From assembly GCA_002633005.1 (NCBI GenBank), contig NMRA01000504.1:255388-319387 (forward strand): a DNA stretch of 64,000 nt. The letters run 5' to 3'. Each line of letters begins with the position of its first letter. The first letter of the stretch is position 1. Made by a program: the position numbers and the translations under genes. Of this stretch, positions 1-12,895 are shown piece by piece. Source of the DNA: Phoronis australis. Lineage: Eukaryota > Animalia > Phoronida. Below the pieces are notes generated by a model. It was given only the letters and a program-made list of their open reading frames with translations, was not told the origin of the DNA and ran no database searches.

Positions 1-291
1 TGAAATGAAAAATTTTCAGATGCCCATTACTACATTGCTGCAAGTATTTTTGGTGACAGCTTTAAAGCACCCCTGAAAATTTATTTGTCGGTGTTAAAAA
101 ACTTGGCAAAACAGAATTTCTGTAATGTGCAATATCGAGTGACAGACTGGAGAAAGGTGACCATAACAAAACTGAGCTGTGGCAAGAAATTACATATTAA
201 CTCCACACGGTATGCGCAGGGCATGAACATGTGGAATTTCAGCAACAAACTTCTGATTCAGAATAAGGCTGCCTGGCTACTGCTTACTTAC

Positions 292-360
292 TGAGCAAAA
301 GTAGAACTCCAAACAGAGACACACATGAGTAAAGAAAAGGAATGTAGATGCTCCACATAT
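292..360 (-). CDS. LMBR1: LMBR1-family coding exon 7 (69 nt); gene continues left of the window
   Basis: ttttgcag acceptor and gtaagt donor. Encodes DMWSIYIPFLYSCVSLFGVLLLL, similar to human DLWEFYLPYLYSCISLMGCLLLL. Confidence 0.93.
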
Positions 361-1457
361 CTGCAAAACAAATAAAAAACACATTGCAGCACAGGGAATC
401 TGATAAGACAAGAGGCTAGTCTGAAACTAAAATGCTAAAAAGCTCCTCCGCTCTCAACCTAGATGCTGTTAGGTTATCATGCACAAACAGTCGTTAAGTA
501 CATGTAGGTGCAGAGTTATCACATTGCAAGCTACAAGCAATTCGACTGTGATGTGAATGTAAATTGTATTTGCAAGCAAATTGATGAGTAGTCAATGACA
601 AGACCAAACTATTGTAGAATAGTGTTTTCAACGTTATTTTTAACCTCCTGATCAATTGTGTCACATTTTGTCACGACAAAAAGCTACTTTGAATTTCTCT
701 TGCTCTTAGTTGTCACTAGAGGAAGTGCCTGTCATTTTGTTCTAAACAAATATTTTTGACATGATCTGCAGTTATGACATAATAACCAAATCAATTTGTC
801 AGGTATTTGTAAACAAGTAACACCTAATGCCACACTGCAGTGACCTCTTAACATAGGACAGTGAACATTAGGTCATTTAACTTAAAAGTTAAATGACCTA
901 AGGTAAAATGTGTACTATCCTTGGCCTTTATCTGAAAACACCAATAGCAGAGAAAGATATCTTAAAACATCACAAGGTCAAGTGCTATCCTATCACAACA
1001 TTTTAAATATCAATGTAAATCAACACTCTGGAAGCACCTCAAGATATCACTGCTTTTAATCATACTGCAATAACCACTCTACAACTGACGACCAAAACGA
1101 CTGCCAGATATGCAATTTCTCATATTCGCAGGCTTTTGACATTGCTGCAAGTGCACAAACACGTCATTTGACAAAGTTTAACATTTATGCACTGCAATCA
1201 CGATAAATACAGAGTACACGTAGCGTTTTCCATAACACTATTCAATTTCCAATGAACAAAATTATTCAACCTTTTGGTCGCATATTTTTTGCTACGGTTG
1301 ATTCAAATCAATTTAGGTCATTTTACCAAGCCCAAATGTTGAAAAAGTAAAACCATTTTGAGAATAGCAATTGCCTTGTCTCCCCACTACAACAGACCAA
1401 ACCCCCTGAACTTCATTCAATTGTCATGTTGAAAGCCAATAATACTTAGCCACTTAC

Positions 1458-1584
1458 CAAGCAGCAGGTCCCAACTCCTTTGGTCGGAGCCAATGAAGGC
1501 CAACATGAGCCAGGCTATGCCACAGACAAGAACGCCTAGCAGGAAGAGCACCAGAAGGGTCTCGCACACTCTGGCCCGGATACC
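1458..1584 (-). CDS. LMBR1: LMBR1-family coding exon 6 (127 nt)
   Basis: tttgttag acceptor and gtaagt donor. Encodes GIRARVCETLLVLFLLGVLVCGIAWLMLAFIGSDQRSWDLLL, similar to human GIRARILETLVMLLLL. Confidence 0.95.
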
Positions 1585-3117
1585 CTAACAAACAACAGGG
1601 GAACCTAGTTATGACATTTCTAGAATCTAATAGCACCAACCTCTAGCTTTTATTTACATTGGCATCACCTTCTAGTCGGCCATTCCTTCAGCCGTCTTGA
1701 GAACAAGCACGGACATGTGTTACGCTATGGTGGTCAATGAAGAGCATTTTAGTATTTTTCCTTAGAGTGACATGGGATTTAAACGTCTCAGTTCTCAGTC
1801 CAACAGTCTCCCCAATGAGTCACCAGCTCTGACTGAATTTCATTATACAGTACTGACGTCTTGGTAAGGAGGGTAGAGGGTAGCCAGATGTCGCTTGACT
1901 GCTTCCTAAGCTGTCTGAAGAAATTACCTTGAAGTTTCATGTACACTGACTGCCTTGGTATTCCATTTAGACTAAACGGTTTCATTGTCAATTGTGCTAA
2001 TTCCTTATCAGGTATTGACTTTTGTATACTGCATTTTTAATCTCGTATTCTGCAATCCTGGTTTCCATTGACCTCAGTGTTTCACCAACATATGATTCAG
2101 TACATTCACAAGGGATTTCATATATGACATTCTTTCTTTTCCCCACGTCAGTTTTTGGCGCTCACCATTGAGCAGCATGAGTGTACCACATACCCCTTCT
2201 TCTAAGAACACTGTAACACCTGAAGATGGCAGTAGAGGTGACCAACCATAATGTCGTGGCAATATAAATAGGCTAGACGTTTGTGTAATAAACTCAGACT
2301 TTACATCACTTTACTACAAAACAGCCTTTGGTAACCACCCAGTTATAGCTAAGACGGTTACACGAATATTACTATGAATCCGGTTTGCGTTATTGCAAGA
2401 AACGACAACATAAAATTGATGAAAATGAGACCGCAGACCACACGAAGACTAATACTCACTAATACTCGATGGGGGAGGTCATACCAACAAATGAGTGTAC
2501 AATTTTTCATAGAATGGACTTAAGGAAATTAATGCCAATTTTAGGTTTCTGATTCGTAATTAAGAACCTCAGCAATGCAGGCTTAATACAAAATGAAAAT
2601 ATGCAAAATTAAGGGATAAGCAGGCGAGGATGCAATTTGCATCAGCTCTGCAGTGCATTGTCAACAATTAAACTGTGAAAAACTTGCTTAACATTTTACA
2701 AAGAAACACAGTTGGGGTTACTGTTTTGCTTTTGACAAATTAATGCACATTACAAACCAAAAATAATCAGACAAAATGAAACGGAATATCTAGTCTGGCT
2801 GCCAGGCGGAGGTGGAATCCATCGTCATGACAGCCATCCATCATGACCGGGATTAACAGGGAATTTACCACTAAAAACTTGAAGACTAGAAATGTTATTC
2901 TCTTACCATGACAACTTATCGCTTGTTATCTCTGGTTGTTACCAGAATTAGCAGCATTATGCAGAAACTGTATTTTGCCCAAATACTTTTGACATGTATG
3001 AACAGTGTAATAGATACATCGAGAATGACTTCGGCCTGGTGTATGGATTCAAGAAAATCAAAGTCTTCAATCGGATTATGTGCTATCAACAGAGCACTGA
3101 CACAAAGACTGTCTTAC

Positions 3118-3221
3118 CTTCTTTGAGCCTGGAAGTCCCTCGGACTCTGTGAAGAAATAGGCGAACGGCATGAGGATGAAGAGGGCCAGGTTGGAGAAAA
3201 GGAACACGTGATTCCATAGAC
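3118..3221 (-). CDS. LMBR1: LMBR1-family coding exon 5 (104 nt)
   Basis: ttatccag acceptor and gtaaga donor. Encodes GLWNHVFLFSNLALFILMPFAYFFTESEGLPGSKK, containing the family motif PFAxFFxESEG. Confidence 0.95.
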
Positions 3222-3486
3222 CTGGATAACAGAGGGCAGCACCTGATCAAAACCTTCAGAAAGTGAGACGAAGTAATTCAACGCATGAGTCGCTCATTTT
3301 GTTTTGTAGACAGATAGTAAGCCAGTGGTTAAAGCAGTCATCTTGAATAAACAGCTGACGGTCGTCTAAACATTGAAGTCTTGAAACAAAATGATAAACA
3401 CACATATCATCACAATTTTACTAACATCACAGCCACAAAGGATAACCAACTACTGACAGTTAGATTGAGGGAACATAGAGACTGAC

Positions 3487-3626
3487 CGTGAATCAAGGAA
3501 CTGTTGAGCCATTGGACGTAATAACTATTAGGGTAAAGGCGGAGAACCTCGTTACTGATGACTGAGAGCGGGATGAGAAGTACCGCTGCTGCTGAACTGG
3601 CCCCGGTGAACGTACACAGACCAGTC
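3487..3626 (-). CDS. LMBR1: LMBR1-family coding exon 4 (140 nt)
   Basis: cctttag acceptor and gtcagt donor. Encodes TGLCTFTGASSAAAVLLIPLSVISNEVLRLYPNSYYVQWLNSSLIH, similar to human AVLLLPFSIISNEILL...YYIQWLNGSLIH. Confidence 0.95.
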
Positions 3627-4516
3627 CTAAAGGGGAGAGGACAATGTATTAGGACAATGCATATCTGGGCCCAGTTATACAGTGTATAANATACAAAGCC
3701 TCAGATAAGGCACAATGTTTCTTTGCAACCACACCACAAACTCATTTTCGTGTACGCAACAATTCATTTGTAACCTAGCACGAATAATATTTTCTCATAA
3801 GAAAAAAAATTTTCAACAAACGAAAAACCAGCATGCGCCAAGCACGATATGATGAAAAACAGAATATCCTACCGACCCATCCAATTCTCAAGACAGGAAG
3901 TGAGGGGAGGAGAACAAAAATTAGTTATTAGGACAGCGCGCTGACGCCAATACGTATAAATGAAAATAGATGACACTAGTGCGCATGCACAAGTTTCAGA
4001 GACTCATAGGAAGTCAGTACTTTGCTTTTAAAGTCAAGGAGATACAAAGCTACTAGTCATCATATTATACATGGACTAATCAATTAACACCTGATGCAAA
4101 CCAACAGTATGGGCAGTTCACTTGAAACTTAAAAATTAAATTCTGCGAGACCACCAGATTTTGACATGTTGACTTCAGGTTTTGAACCCATCCCAGTCCA
4201 ATAGGTGTGTGAAAACTGAGTTACATGACTAAAGGCTGGTACCTGTTTACTTCTAGACTTACAAATTCCTACACGTAAATTTAATTTCTCAAGGCACTCT
4301 TTGTGTTGAAACAAAAGTAATGAAAGAAATGATAACATGCTCAAAATTTAACTTGAATGAAGAGATGTCATAAACACCATGCATAATATTGTCACAACCA
4401 AATCTACATGTCAGCCATACATGTGAAATCAAGGCTAATCTTCAATCAAACTTGCAGAATATTTGTACACTGATCATTGCAAAACGTAACCCACTTTTAA
4501 AGACAGTACAACTCAC

Positions 4517-4547
4517 ACAGTCCTGTAAACGATGGCATCTTCGTCAT
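4517..4547 (-). CDS. LMBR1: LMBR1-family coding exon 3 (31-nt micro-exon)
   Basis: ctttttcag acceptor and gtgagt donor. Encodes (D)DEDAIVYRT(V), similar to human DEDAIVNRI. Phases 1/2 join exons 2 and 4 in frame. Confidence 0.9.
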
Positions 4548-4949
4548 CTGAAAAAGAACGGAATCATTATGTATTCAGAATAAATTAATGCTTGTAAATG
4601 AATAAATGCCTGTCTCTGCCCAAACAACAGCCATGTTCCAAGTTCAATTTTCCTCTTAAGCAGAGGTAGAAAAACGCCTGACATGACGGACCTCAATTTC
4701 AAACCTTCTGGATGCTAATACACAATATATTGTACCTCTCTGACTTGCCAATTTCTTTCTTTTCAGCACAGCAACTCACTGGCATTAAAATGATAAACGA
4801 CTAATTACAGTTAGAAAGCAAAATAGTCATGAGAAAGACAACAGTGAACAATAATGAGAAGTGACCAACAGATGCAAAGCATTATGGGTAAACAACTAAT
4901 TGTGGTATATCGGTATGAGATCAGCGAAACTAAAGATTCTAGAGCTCTT

Positions 4950-5276
4950 TTTACACGGAGAACAGTCGTCATGATGCAAGTTCAAGCGAAAGTCCAAACC
5001 ACGTGGAATGCTAGCGGATCACTCGTATATATGCTATTGCACAAAACAGGGATGATCCTTACACTTTGCACCAATTGGTGTTTAGTTGTGTAGTAGACAC
5101 TGGAGCAATTGATGAGGTGCAATTGGCTTTGGCTCTACCTATCAAACCGGTGTCAAAAATGACCGCTAGTGTCACTTGCTCCGTGTCAGTCGTCTTTACA
5201 CACAAACTTGTGCCCGATCAGCTGTTCCACGTTAGTTGCTCCGTGACAACTGTCTCCTGTATAAATGCGGCTTAGA
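4950..5276 (+). repeat. Dispersed unclassified repeat, copy 1 (homologous to 21587-21925)
   Basis: Shared blocks in the same order and orientation: gtccaaaccacgtggaatgc, actggagcaa, acttgctccgtgtcagtcgt, cccgatcagctgttc, gttagttgctc. Confidence 0.85.
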
Positions 5277-5717
5277 AAATGGAAAAAAACCATCAAGCAG
5301 AACTTCCACTAAGCGATGTAGCTATCGCAACTGAGCCAAAATTTTATACATTCTTTGAAACAAATCTATTGAATGTTTTGACAGAATAGTGAAAATTGCC
5401 CATGTCTGATTTTGTAAAAAGCTCAAAATGTCCAAAATGAAGAAAGTCATTTAAAGTTTAAAAATGATTTTAATTAAATCACACATAACACCATATTAAA
5501 ATGAGGATTTCTTGTGGTACTATGAAACCTTTAGACACTTTAAACATTTCATAGGGTCAACTAGTGTAGTTTCAACATAGAACATAAACAGCACACTGTG
5601 ATGTCATTGGTCCAAAGGTCTCACAATCCGAAAAAGAAAACCAAAATCCATTTGGCTGTAAGGTTACGAGAACTGCACCAGAGCGTCTAACACATTGAAT
5701 TTGTGTGAAACTAATAC

Positions 5718-5811
5718 CTGAACAGTAGTCATCTCTGTCACCTTTCTTTCTGAAGGCACATATTGTGGCGTAGGACACTACGAAGAGCAGGATGAAAAGT
5801 ATACCAAATAT
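5718..5811 (-). CDS. LMBR1: LMBR1-family coding exon 2 (94 nt)
   Basis: ttgtttcag acceptor and gtatta donor. Encodes IFGILFILLFVVSYATICAFRKKGDRDDYCS, similar to human ICFLLFAILYVVSYFIITRYKRK. Confidence 0.9.
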
Positions 5812-8800
5812 CTGAAACAAGCACAATAACTACAACACAGTCGTCACAAGCAGTAGCAACTTTGTTAGGCAATTCCTCATCAAGTAGTTTGTGAATCCTG
5901 AATTTAACTTAGCAGGTGACTATTTTTAGGAATAGCCAGCTTGAAAAATTAGTAAAATGTTATAACTTTCAAAAAATGATAATTGCCACACCTTCCCACA
6001 ATTTGTCTGGTGGCTCTTGGGGTGTAAAGATCAAAATGGATAGCATTACTATACATCTACATATCATTTATGGAAGTGAGAATAATAAAAAATTACATGT
6101 CTGCCATATTGAGCCCTTAACTATGTTAGATTTTAGCATAGCTAAATAACATTCTGTACAATACAACCTGGTATACAAGGCCATGGCCTTAGATGGCGAA
6201 ATAAAGAAATTTTGGAAATAGCGCAACTTCTTCAAATATACTTAAGGATATATTCATATATAAAACCAAACCGTTTCGTCTTGTATAAGGTCAATCATCA
6301 TCATATTTCTAGTGTTTTTTACCATTTTACCAATCAGTTTTGACCGAAAGGTTAGGTAATGTCACATTTAACTAAATATTGAATAGCTAAAAAGCATTTT
6401 CTATGAAAAAAATTAAATGAAGAGAAATACAATGCTCAAATAAGGAGGAGGTCGTTCTATCAAGTATAACAGGGCATAACAGGTCAACACATTCAAAGAT
6501 ATCCCAAAGGTTTGAATGTTACTATGGCCAACAAATATGGTAATTATATGGAACAACAAATTATTGGAAAATATGAAAATAATACTCTAATTAAAGAACC
6601 TTTTCGCTCACATAAAAAACTAATCAACAATGAAAGGCATAGAAAAGGAACATTTAAAGCAAAAAGGATAGTCAACTATCTCACCAAAGACTTGTGAAAA
6701 GATTTAGTACATATGCACCCAAATCACTAGAATTCATTTATCAGCAAATCAAGGGTAGTGCACTGCTCAGATTACAGGTATCCAGGCTATCACTAAGATT
6801 TGTTGAAAGAATGTGAGTGAATGGATCAAGGCATTCTGCAAATCTAGCAACCAAACATATGCTTAACCTGCGAAAAACTTTAATTTTCAAAACTCTAAAT
6901 GCTGAAGTAGGAATCTACATACAAGAATTAGAATACATCAAAAAGGTCTAACATTAATGTTGTGTTTTAAAAATTAAGACACAAATATTACTTGATGACA
7001 AATATGTTCCCTCTTTCAAAATTTATTATGTGGTAACTGACCATGCTAATTAAAACACACACAAAATTGTGTGCAATGGCGTTCACCTTGGCATACCACA
7101 TGGATAAAGGAAGTTCACTTTGCATTTTATACAAACAAAAATAACAGCATCACAAATTAAAGTTCACAAGATTAGTACACAAGATACCCAAGTACTTCAT
7201 CTTGAGGAAAGATTGGGAAACCTGAAACCTGGCAGGGCACCAGGTCAACGTGATAAGTCCTTGGTGCCCTTGACCATCAGCTACATATCAATGATTATCA
7301 GTGGAGAAAGCCATGTCCAGAGGCAAGGTGTAGCTATTTGACCATTGGACGATTTTAAAAAAATCGGGCTTCATTGCTTTTCTGTCTTGTCCAAAAACAT
7401 CCCTGGCATCAATTGGATAGCAAGAAATATGTACTAAACAAATATATGGCAAAACAAAAAAACAGCTGGGGCGAGTGCAAGGCTTCTAAAACAATCTCTG
7501 GTGGAGTTTTGCAAGATTTGACAGAAGGGTTAAATGGAACTGAGTGTAAGATTCACCAAGGCCATAATCCTATACAATCTTGGCTGTTATATACATGATT
7601 ATTGCATAACAGACAGTAAGATTCACCAACAGCAGAAGGTGAAAGTTCAAGGCAGTGTTATGCAACTCTTAAGTCAACCAGGCCCCCCAAGAACACCACT
7701 CCAGGAATTATTACCAGTTAATATGGCAGCTGGTCCCTTGAAACTATAAATAGACAAAGTGACTGGACTGACCTTACACTGACACTATTTAATCACAACA
7801 GAAAATCCTTATCACATTCTCACCTTTAATAGCAGCATAACCATGTCATAGAACTTTGGCACAAAGACGCATGCTAAGTGGCACAAACATGTTTTTTGTT
7901 AAACAAACATGAAATTTTCATTCAGATGCCCTTTTGAAACTAGTCTTAACTTGCTCCTTACTCAAACAAAAGTTGACTTTTAGGCTTGGACAGAACTGAA
8001 GTTTCTCCCTATTTTTTAGACCTGGCACAGCATTAGTTAGTTCATCTGGTAGGCCACCCAGTGCACTGAGTATAACCTCAAGTAACAACACATACGACAT
8101 CTTATCATAAAGCAGATCAGCCGTTTAAAAAGGCACCCTATCAGCTGTCACGTGACTTACCAGTAATAAGCTATAAGTTATCGTGAAAATGTATTCTTGT
8201 CAATCATGTGCAATCACCATGGGCGGAATAGCAAACTGAAAGTCACGTCATTGGAAAGTGCCTTCTCGTGGCAATATGGCAGATCTGTCGTCAGAATTGG
8301 GAATGGAGAATAAAAAAGCAGAGCAGATGTCTGACAAGCGTACATATGAGAATCTTTTAGATCAGACATCTGATCTGCCTTCTGATAAGACAGCGACCAC
8401 AAACATGACATCAGAAATACAAGTATTTTTAATAAAATATAGTTTATGTTACTTGCATACCACAGAAAGTAATTAATAGAATTTTTGAATAACCCATCAG
8501 ATTTTCTAAAGAAAAAAACAGTTACCGAAAATTCACCCATGGATGTCCTGTTGGGCATGTTTTTGGAAGTTCCCGGTAGCAAAGACGCCAACACTTTTAG
8601 TTAACTCGAACCGCAAGCAAAGCTCCAGTAAAACTAACTCTCGTAAGCGCGGCATTTTAGCAACAAATGCTAGAGTGCTAGAGCAAATTGTCAGCATTAG
8701 AGCCAGTATGTGAGGTCAACACATCTACATTATATTCTTATAAATCTGAGAACAATTACAATAGGGCCATCCCGGATTAAACAGCAACACTCGAATCTTG

Positions 8801-9984
8801 CTGTATACCCACAATGCCGTAAACATCTGTCAGGCACATTTGCTGCCTCGTTTTTGTGCTATTGACATTTCCAATGTTATTTATTGTTATCTGATTCTTT
8901 ACAAGTTTTTCTCGGTTGTGTTACTCTATTCGTCCTTCCAATGCTAATGAAGTATTAGTGTGCTGTGGGCTGCAACTCTGACGTTAGAAAGTTTGGTAAA
9001 CTGGATGCATGATGTGAAATTCTTCGCCATCTCGACATCAGTGAGTGACACACAAATGCACCCGATTTCCAAAACCAGGTCACGCACTTTTTATCTCGAG
9101 GACAAAGGAGAGTTCGATCCACCTGTAATCCTTATTCATGTACCGTAGTAACACCCACTCAATTCTTATCTGATGAACTATTTTTCAACCAACATGAACA
9201 GAACAATCCTCAAAGTACTGTAATTTATCATTTTATAATATGAGCGACAAAGACAATACACAGTGATGCACTGGGTACATACCATATCACATAACAAAAA
9301 TGCATTTTACATTCTTCACAATCAAATAGACCATGTCACTAAAGCAAGGACTGCCTGTCTATCCACACCAGGCTCCAGTTCAGGCTATCAATGTCACATT
9401 TTTAGAAGATAAATGTTGCCAAAGTCCTGGCCCAAAGTTCTGCAAAGTGTAGTCAACACCCTTGCCTACGGTTACTGGGTGAACTGAGGACTCCACTCCG
9501 CACACCACTGATAACCGATAATTATGAGTCCGGATACCATCCCGGTATAGTATTTTTAGGACCCATTAAATAAAATGTTAAACGGAGTTCATGAAGTCAC
9601 GTGTCCAATTATCTTAATAGAATTTTGCCTACACACGTTAAACATGCAGATAAAATGTCAAACAGGGCAGTCCACATACTGAATCCTATGGGAAATTCCA
9701 TGGAAAGGTAAACACAGACAAAAAAGTTAAAAGGTGACAACATTGATATTCCTGATCACCTCTGAAAGCCCGGACTCTCTTGTTTCAGGGCTCATATTTG
9801 AAATTCCTATAGCTTTTGATTTTTTCCTAAACCAACCCATTTTTGGAGATCACTTGACCTTAAAAAATTACCCCAATTTTCATGTGTCTTGCTAACTATT
9901 TTCATAAATTAGCTATTTCTCTAAATTATCAAATTTGGGCAATCACAAGAAGCCTTAACTTTCTAAGAAATATCATTTGACCAG

Positions 9985-11090
9985 TAGCGCATCGTCGACC
10001 TCTTGGGGTCAAAGGCCAACTCCTGGATATCAAGGTGCCATACATCTGTCACAAAAAAATTCTAAAAAGTTTTGTCAACTCAAGAGTTTAAAAAAATAAA
10101 GTAATTTCAGATTCTCTTTTAACATGTTTCTCAATACTATTAACCTAAATTTTAGATCCCAGGGATTATTCGTTAACTCAGAAATCGCGTGACAGATGTA
10201 CGGAAAATTTGTACATCCGTCAGCCATGAAATTACAAATTTTCAGCCAATAAAAATAACCTCATATCTTATTTTAACTTTCTATACTTGCAGGAGATGGA
10301 ATTTGTCTCACACCTAAGAACCTAAAACGATTTAATGTTACAAATACAGCCATAAAACCAAGAATAGAAGTTGCTCGGAATTTAAACTAGACGCATTGGA
10401 CTTTTTCACTTTCAAAAATATTTGCTGTAAAGTTATACATTGATACTTTACGGTGTCATCTAGTTATTCTTAGGGCAATTTAACATGTTAAAATTAGACA
10501 GTTGAACCACATCATGGAATGTAAATAAAACAAATTCACAGCATTGGATTTCCTGGGGGGTGATGATTACATGCACAACCTCAATCGGTGTATTTTGATT
10601 AAAAAAACATTGAATCAGTAGCAAAAGACCATTATAGCCTAAATATTTTGAATTGATATCTTGGCCACAACAAACAATTTAATACTAGGATTTCAGAGCG
10701 TAGTCCGTCACGTACGTCCATCACACCAACTAATCTTACATAGAGTTGTCTAACAAAAATTTCTTCATTTGATAGAAGATTATCATAAAAAATAGTATGT
10801 TGTACTCCATAAACATTCCACTAATCATGATATATAACAAAAAATTGTAACTGAATGCAACTCACAGAAAATTAATGTTAATTTTTTTTCAAAAATGCAA
10901 ATTCTCTGCATATGTCCGTCACACCCACTTAAAGGCAATTTCCTCAGTCAGATAAAAAATAAATGTTTATACTGAACGCTATCAATGAGATCTAACAATT
11001 GATGTATTACTTATTTTCCTATGATGAAAACTTTTCACAATTGCTCAAAATGTTTCATGATAGTATGTCTGTCACAAGTGGAAATGACCC
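9985..11090 (+). mobile_element. Non-autonomous DNA-transposon-like element; a partial inverted copy lies at ~26130-26607
   Basis: Long blocks are shared with the reverse complement of 26130-26607 (ggggtcaaaggcca, aaattttagatcccagggattattcgttaa, gcgtgacagatgtacgg, cagccaataaaaataa, tctcacacctaagaac). It carries repeated c(c/t)gtcac motifs and ends in gtggaaatgaccc. Superfamily not assigned and boundaries approximate. Confidence 0.6.
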
Positions 11091-11322
11091 GATGCAAATG
11101 TAAATAAACTAAAATTGCCTATAGGCACAGCAGTGGTCAGATCCATCTGAAAATTCTATCATGGCGTTCCATCCATGAAAGGAACATATCCGCAACATTT
11201 CATGAACATAAATCAAGGGGTTTTGGAGATACAGCAGCCGACGCTGGCGTCGGACGGACGCCAAACAGACAAATAGAGATGACAGCATAATGCGCTCACA
11301 TATAATTATGGACACATAAAAA
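11091..11322 (+). mobile_element. Terminal fragment of a HINE-like (Helentron-associated) element
   Basis: Colinear with 61440-61735: aaaattgcc, tttcatgaac, ggttttggagata, a short cggacggacg, gagatgac(a/g)gcataatgcg, a degenerate terminal hairpin and cataaaaa. Confidence 0.75.
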
Positions 11323-11687
11323 TGCTTCTTTGAACATATTCTCTAAGCCAAGCTTGAGAAAATAACATCCATTACCCAATGTAACATCCAGTGCCATTTT
11401 TCTTTTCTTTTCCTAAATCATTGATACAATGAAACAATTTCTCCTCCTATACTGTATTTAAAAAATGTTTGAAGAGAAAAGGATATTCAGAATTTCTGAA
11501 CAATTAGTTTTGTCAATACTCAACAGAAATACATTAGTGTTTTAATCAAGTTAGCGTTGAGTTTGCAATAAAGACAGTTATTTATATTAAAAATGTTACA
11601 AACAATGCCAATGCCTGATGCCTTTCTCCATTGGTAAGAATTTTACTTCCGACTGCCAGATGGCAGAAGAGTTTGAGCATACATCTG

Positions 11688-12575
11688 CTTCTTCTTCTTG
11701 GTTTAAGTGACCACACTCTCTACGGAATATTATGTCACTGTATAACAATGAAGATCAACAAAAACGAGAACAACTATAACAGGTTTAAAAGGATACATAG
11801 TGGATGTCACTTCAGAGATTGGTTAACATAACTAGATCGTTAACAGATAATGCAGTCAGTAAGCGGGTGCCCCAAATGGAGGCACCCCACTATGTTACTT
11901 CAGAAAGGCCGATAGCTTGCTGACAAAGATATCAAGAGAAGGGTTTGATTTAATGCAGTCCGCGACTGTTCTAGGAAAGAATGTCTTTTTCCTGTAATCA
12001 GTCCTCTTTACTGGAATACTTATACTCTCCTCTGTGCTTTCTCTACAGCTGCAATGTCTTTAGCGGTATAAGGGTTCCAAACAGTAGAGGCGTATTCTAA
12101 CATTTGTCGAACCATTGTTTTAAACGCAAACTCCTTACACAGTTGGCTTATACGCAAGTTTCGCAGGAGAAACCCCAGAGTTTTATTTGCTTTCTTCTGG
12201 ATGTTACTTATTTGGGATGACCATTTGCTGTCATGTGAGATGGCAACGCCCAAATATTTAGCCTCCTTGACAGCATGTGATTGTGAAGTACATAGGTGGT
12301 GGGCTGGATCTGGCGTTTTCTGGTCAGGGTGAGGGTACTACACTTGTTTAGGTAGAAAACCATAAGCCACTTGTCCTCCCACTGAGAAAGACTATCTAAA
12401 TCTGTCTGCAGAGCCTCTCTGTCAGTGGCTGAGTTAGCAATGTTGTAACAAATTATAGTCAGCAAATAGTCCGATTTTACCAGACAGGCCAAGGGGAATA
12501 TCGTTTATGTATATAATAGGAACAAACAGGGGCCTAATACTGAGCCTTGGGGTATCTCAGACTCCACAGGTATAG
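11688..12575 (-). mobile_element. 5'-truncated, degenerate CR1/L2-group LINE (RT C-terminal part, 3' UTR and (GAA)n tail)
   Basis: Frameshifted RT motifs IPQGSVLGPCLFLLYINDIP, LFADY (YADD-like), LQTDLDSLSQWEDKWLM and KKANKTLGFLLRNL...LEYASTVWNPY...EKAQRR. There is a stem-loop ggtgcccc/ggaggcacc near 11866-11887 and a cttcttcttctt tail at 11688-11699. Confidence 0.85.
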
Positions 12576-12725
12576 GACATTTTATATGAGTAACTGACTA
12601 TGTTTTTGTTCCACATAACAGTTAGTCTAACACACTGTCACTCTGACTTGACTCATATTCGTCATAACATAACGTCGTAAGTCATAACAGGGAAAGTCAG
12701 CCGAGTGGCTGACGAGCATACTTAC

Positions 12726-12848
12726 GATATACTCTCTTACGACATTGTGGAAATGTTTTTCTAGCAATTCAACGTCTATTTCTGGCTCCACTGTTTCACT
12801 CGTGCGAATGAAGAAAGGCAGGGCCTCTTCTAACCACTGTAAAATCAT
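12726..12848 (-). CDS. LMBR1: LMBR1/LMBR1L-family membrane protein, coding exon 1 (ATG at 12848; alternative GTG start at 12791)
   Basis: Encodes MILQWLEEALPFFIRTSET-VEPEIDVELLEKHFHNVVREYI followed by a gtaagt donor. The EKHFHNVVRE segment matches the recalled human LMBR1 N-terminus (EQHFHSQVRE). Phase 0 fits exon 2. The start codon is uncertain. Confidence 0.85.
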
Positions 12849-12895
12849 CTTGAATGTAGCACTAGTGGGAACGATCGCTTTGACGCGTCCGCCAT
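12845..12895 (-). promoter_or_regulatory. Candidate upstream ORF (16 codons, MADASKRSFPLVLHSR*) whose TGA overlaps the in-frame LMBR1 ATG (ATGA); its start is also a YY1-like motif
   Basis: Minus strand reads tgaaa ATG GCG GAC GCG TCA AAG CGA TCG TTC CCA CTA GTG CTA CAT TCA AGA TGA. The plus strand CCGCCATTTT at 12889-12898 is a YY1 consensus. Whether it lies inside the transcript is unknown. Confidence 0.5.
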
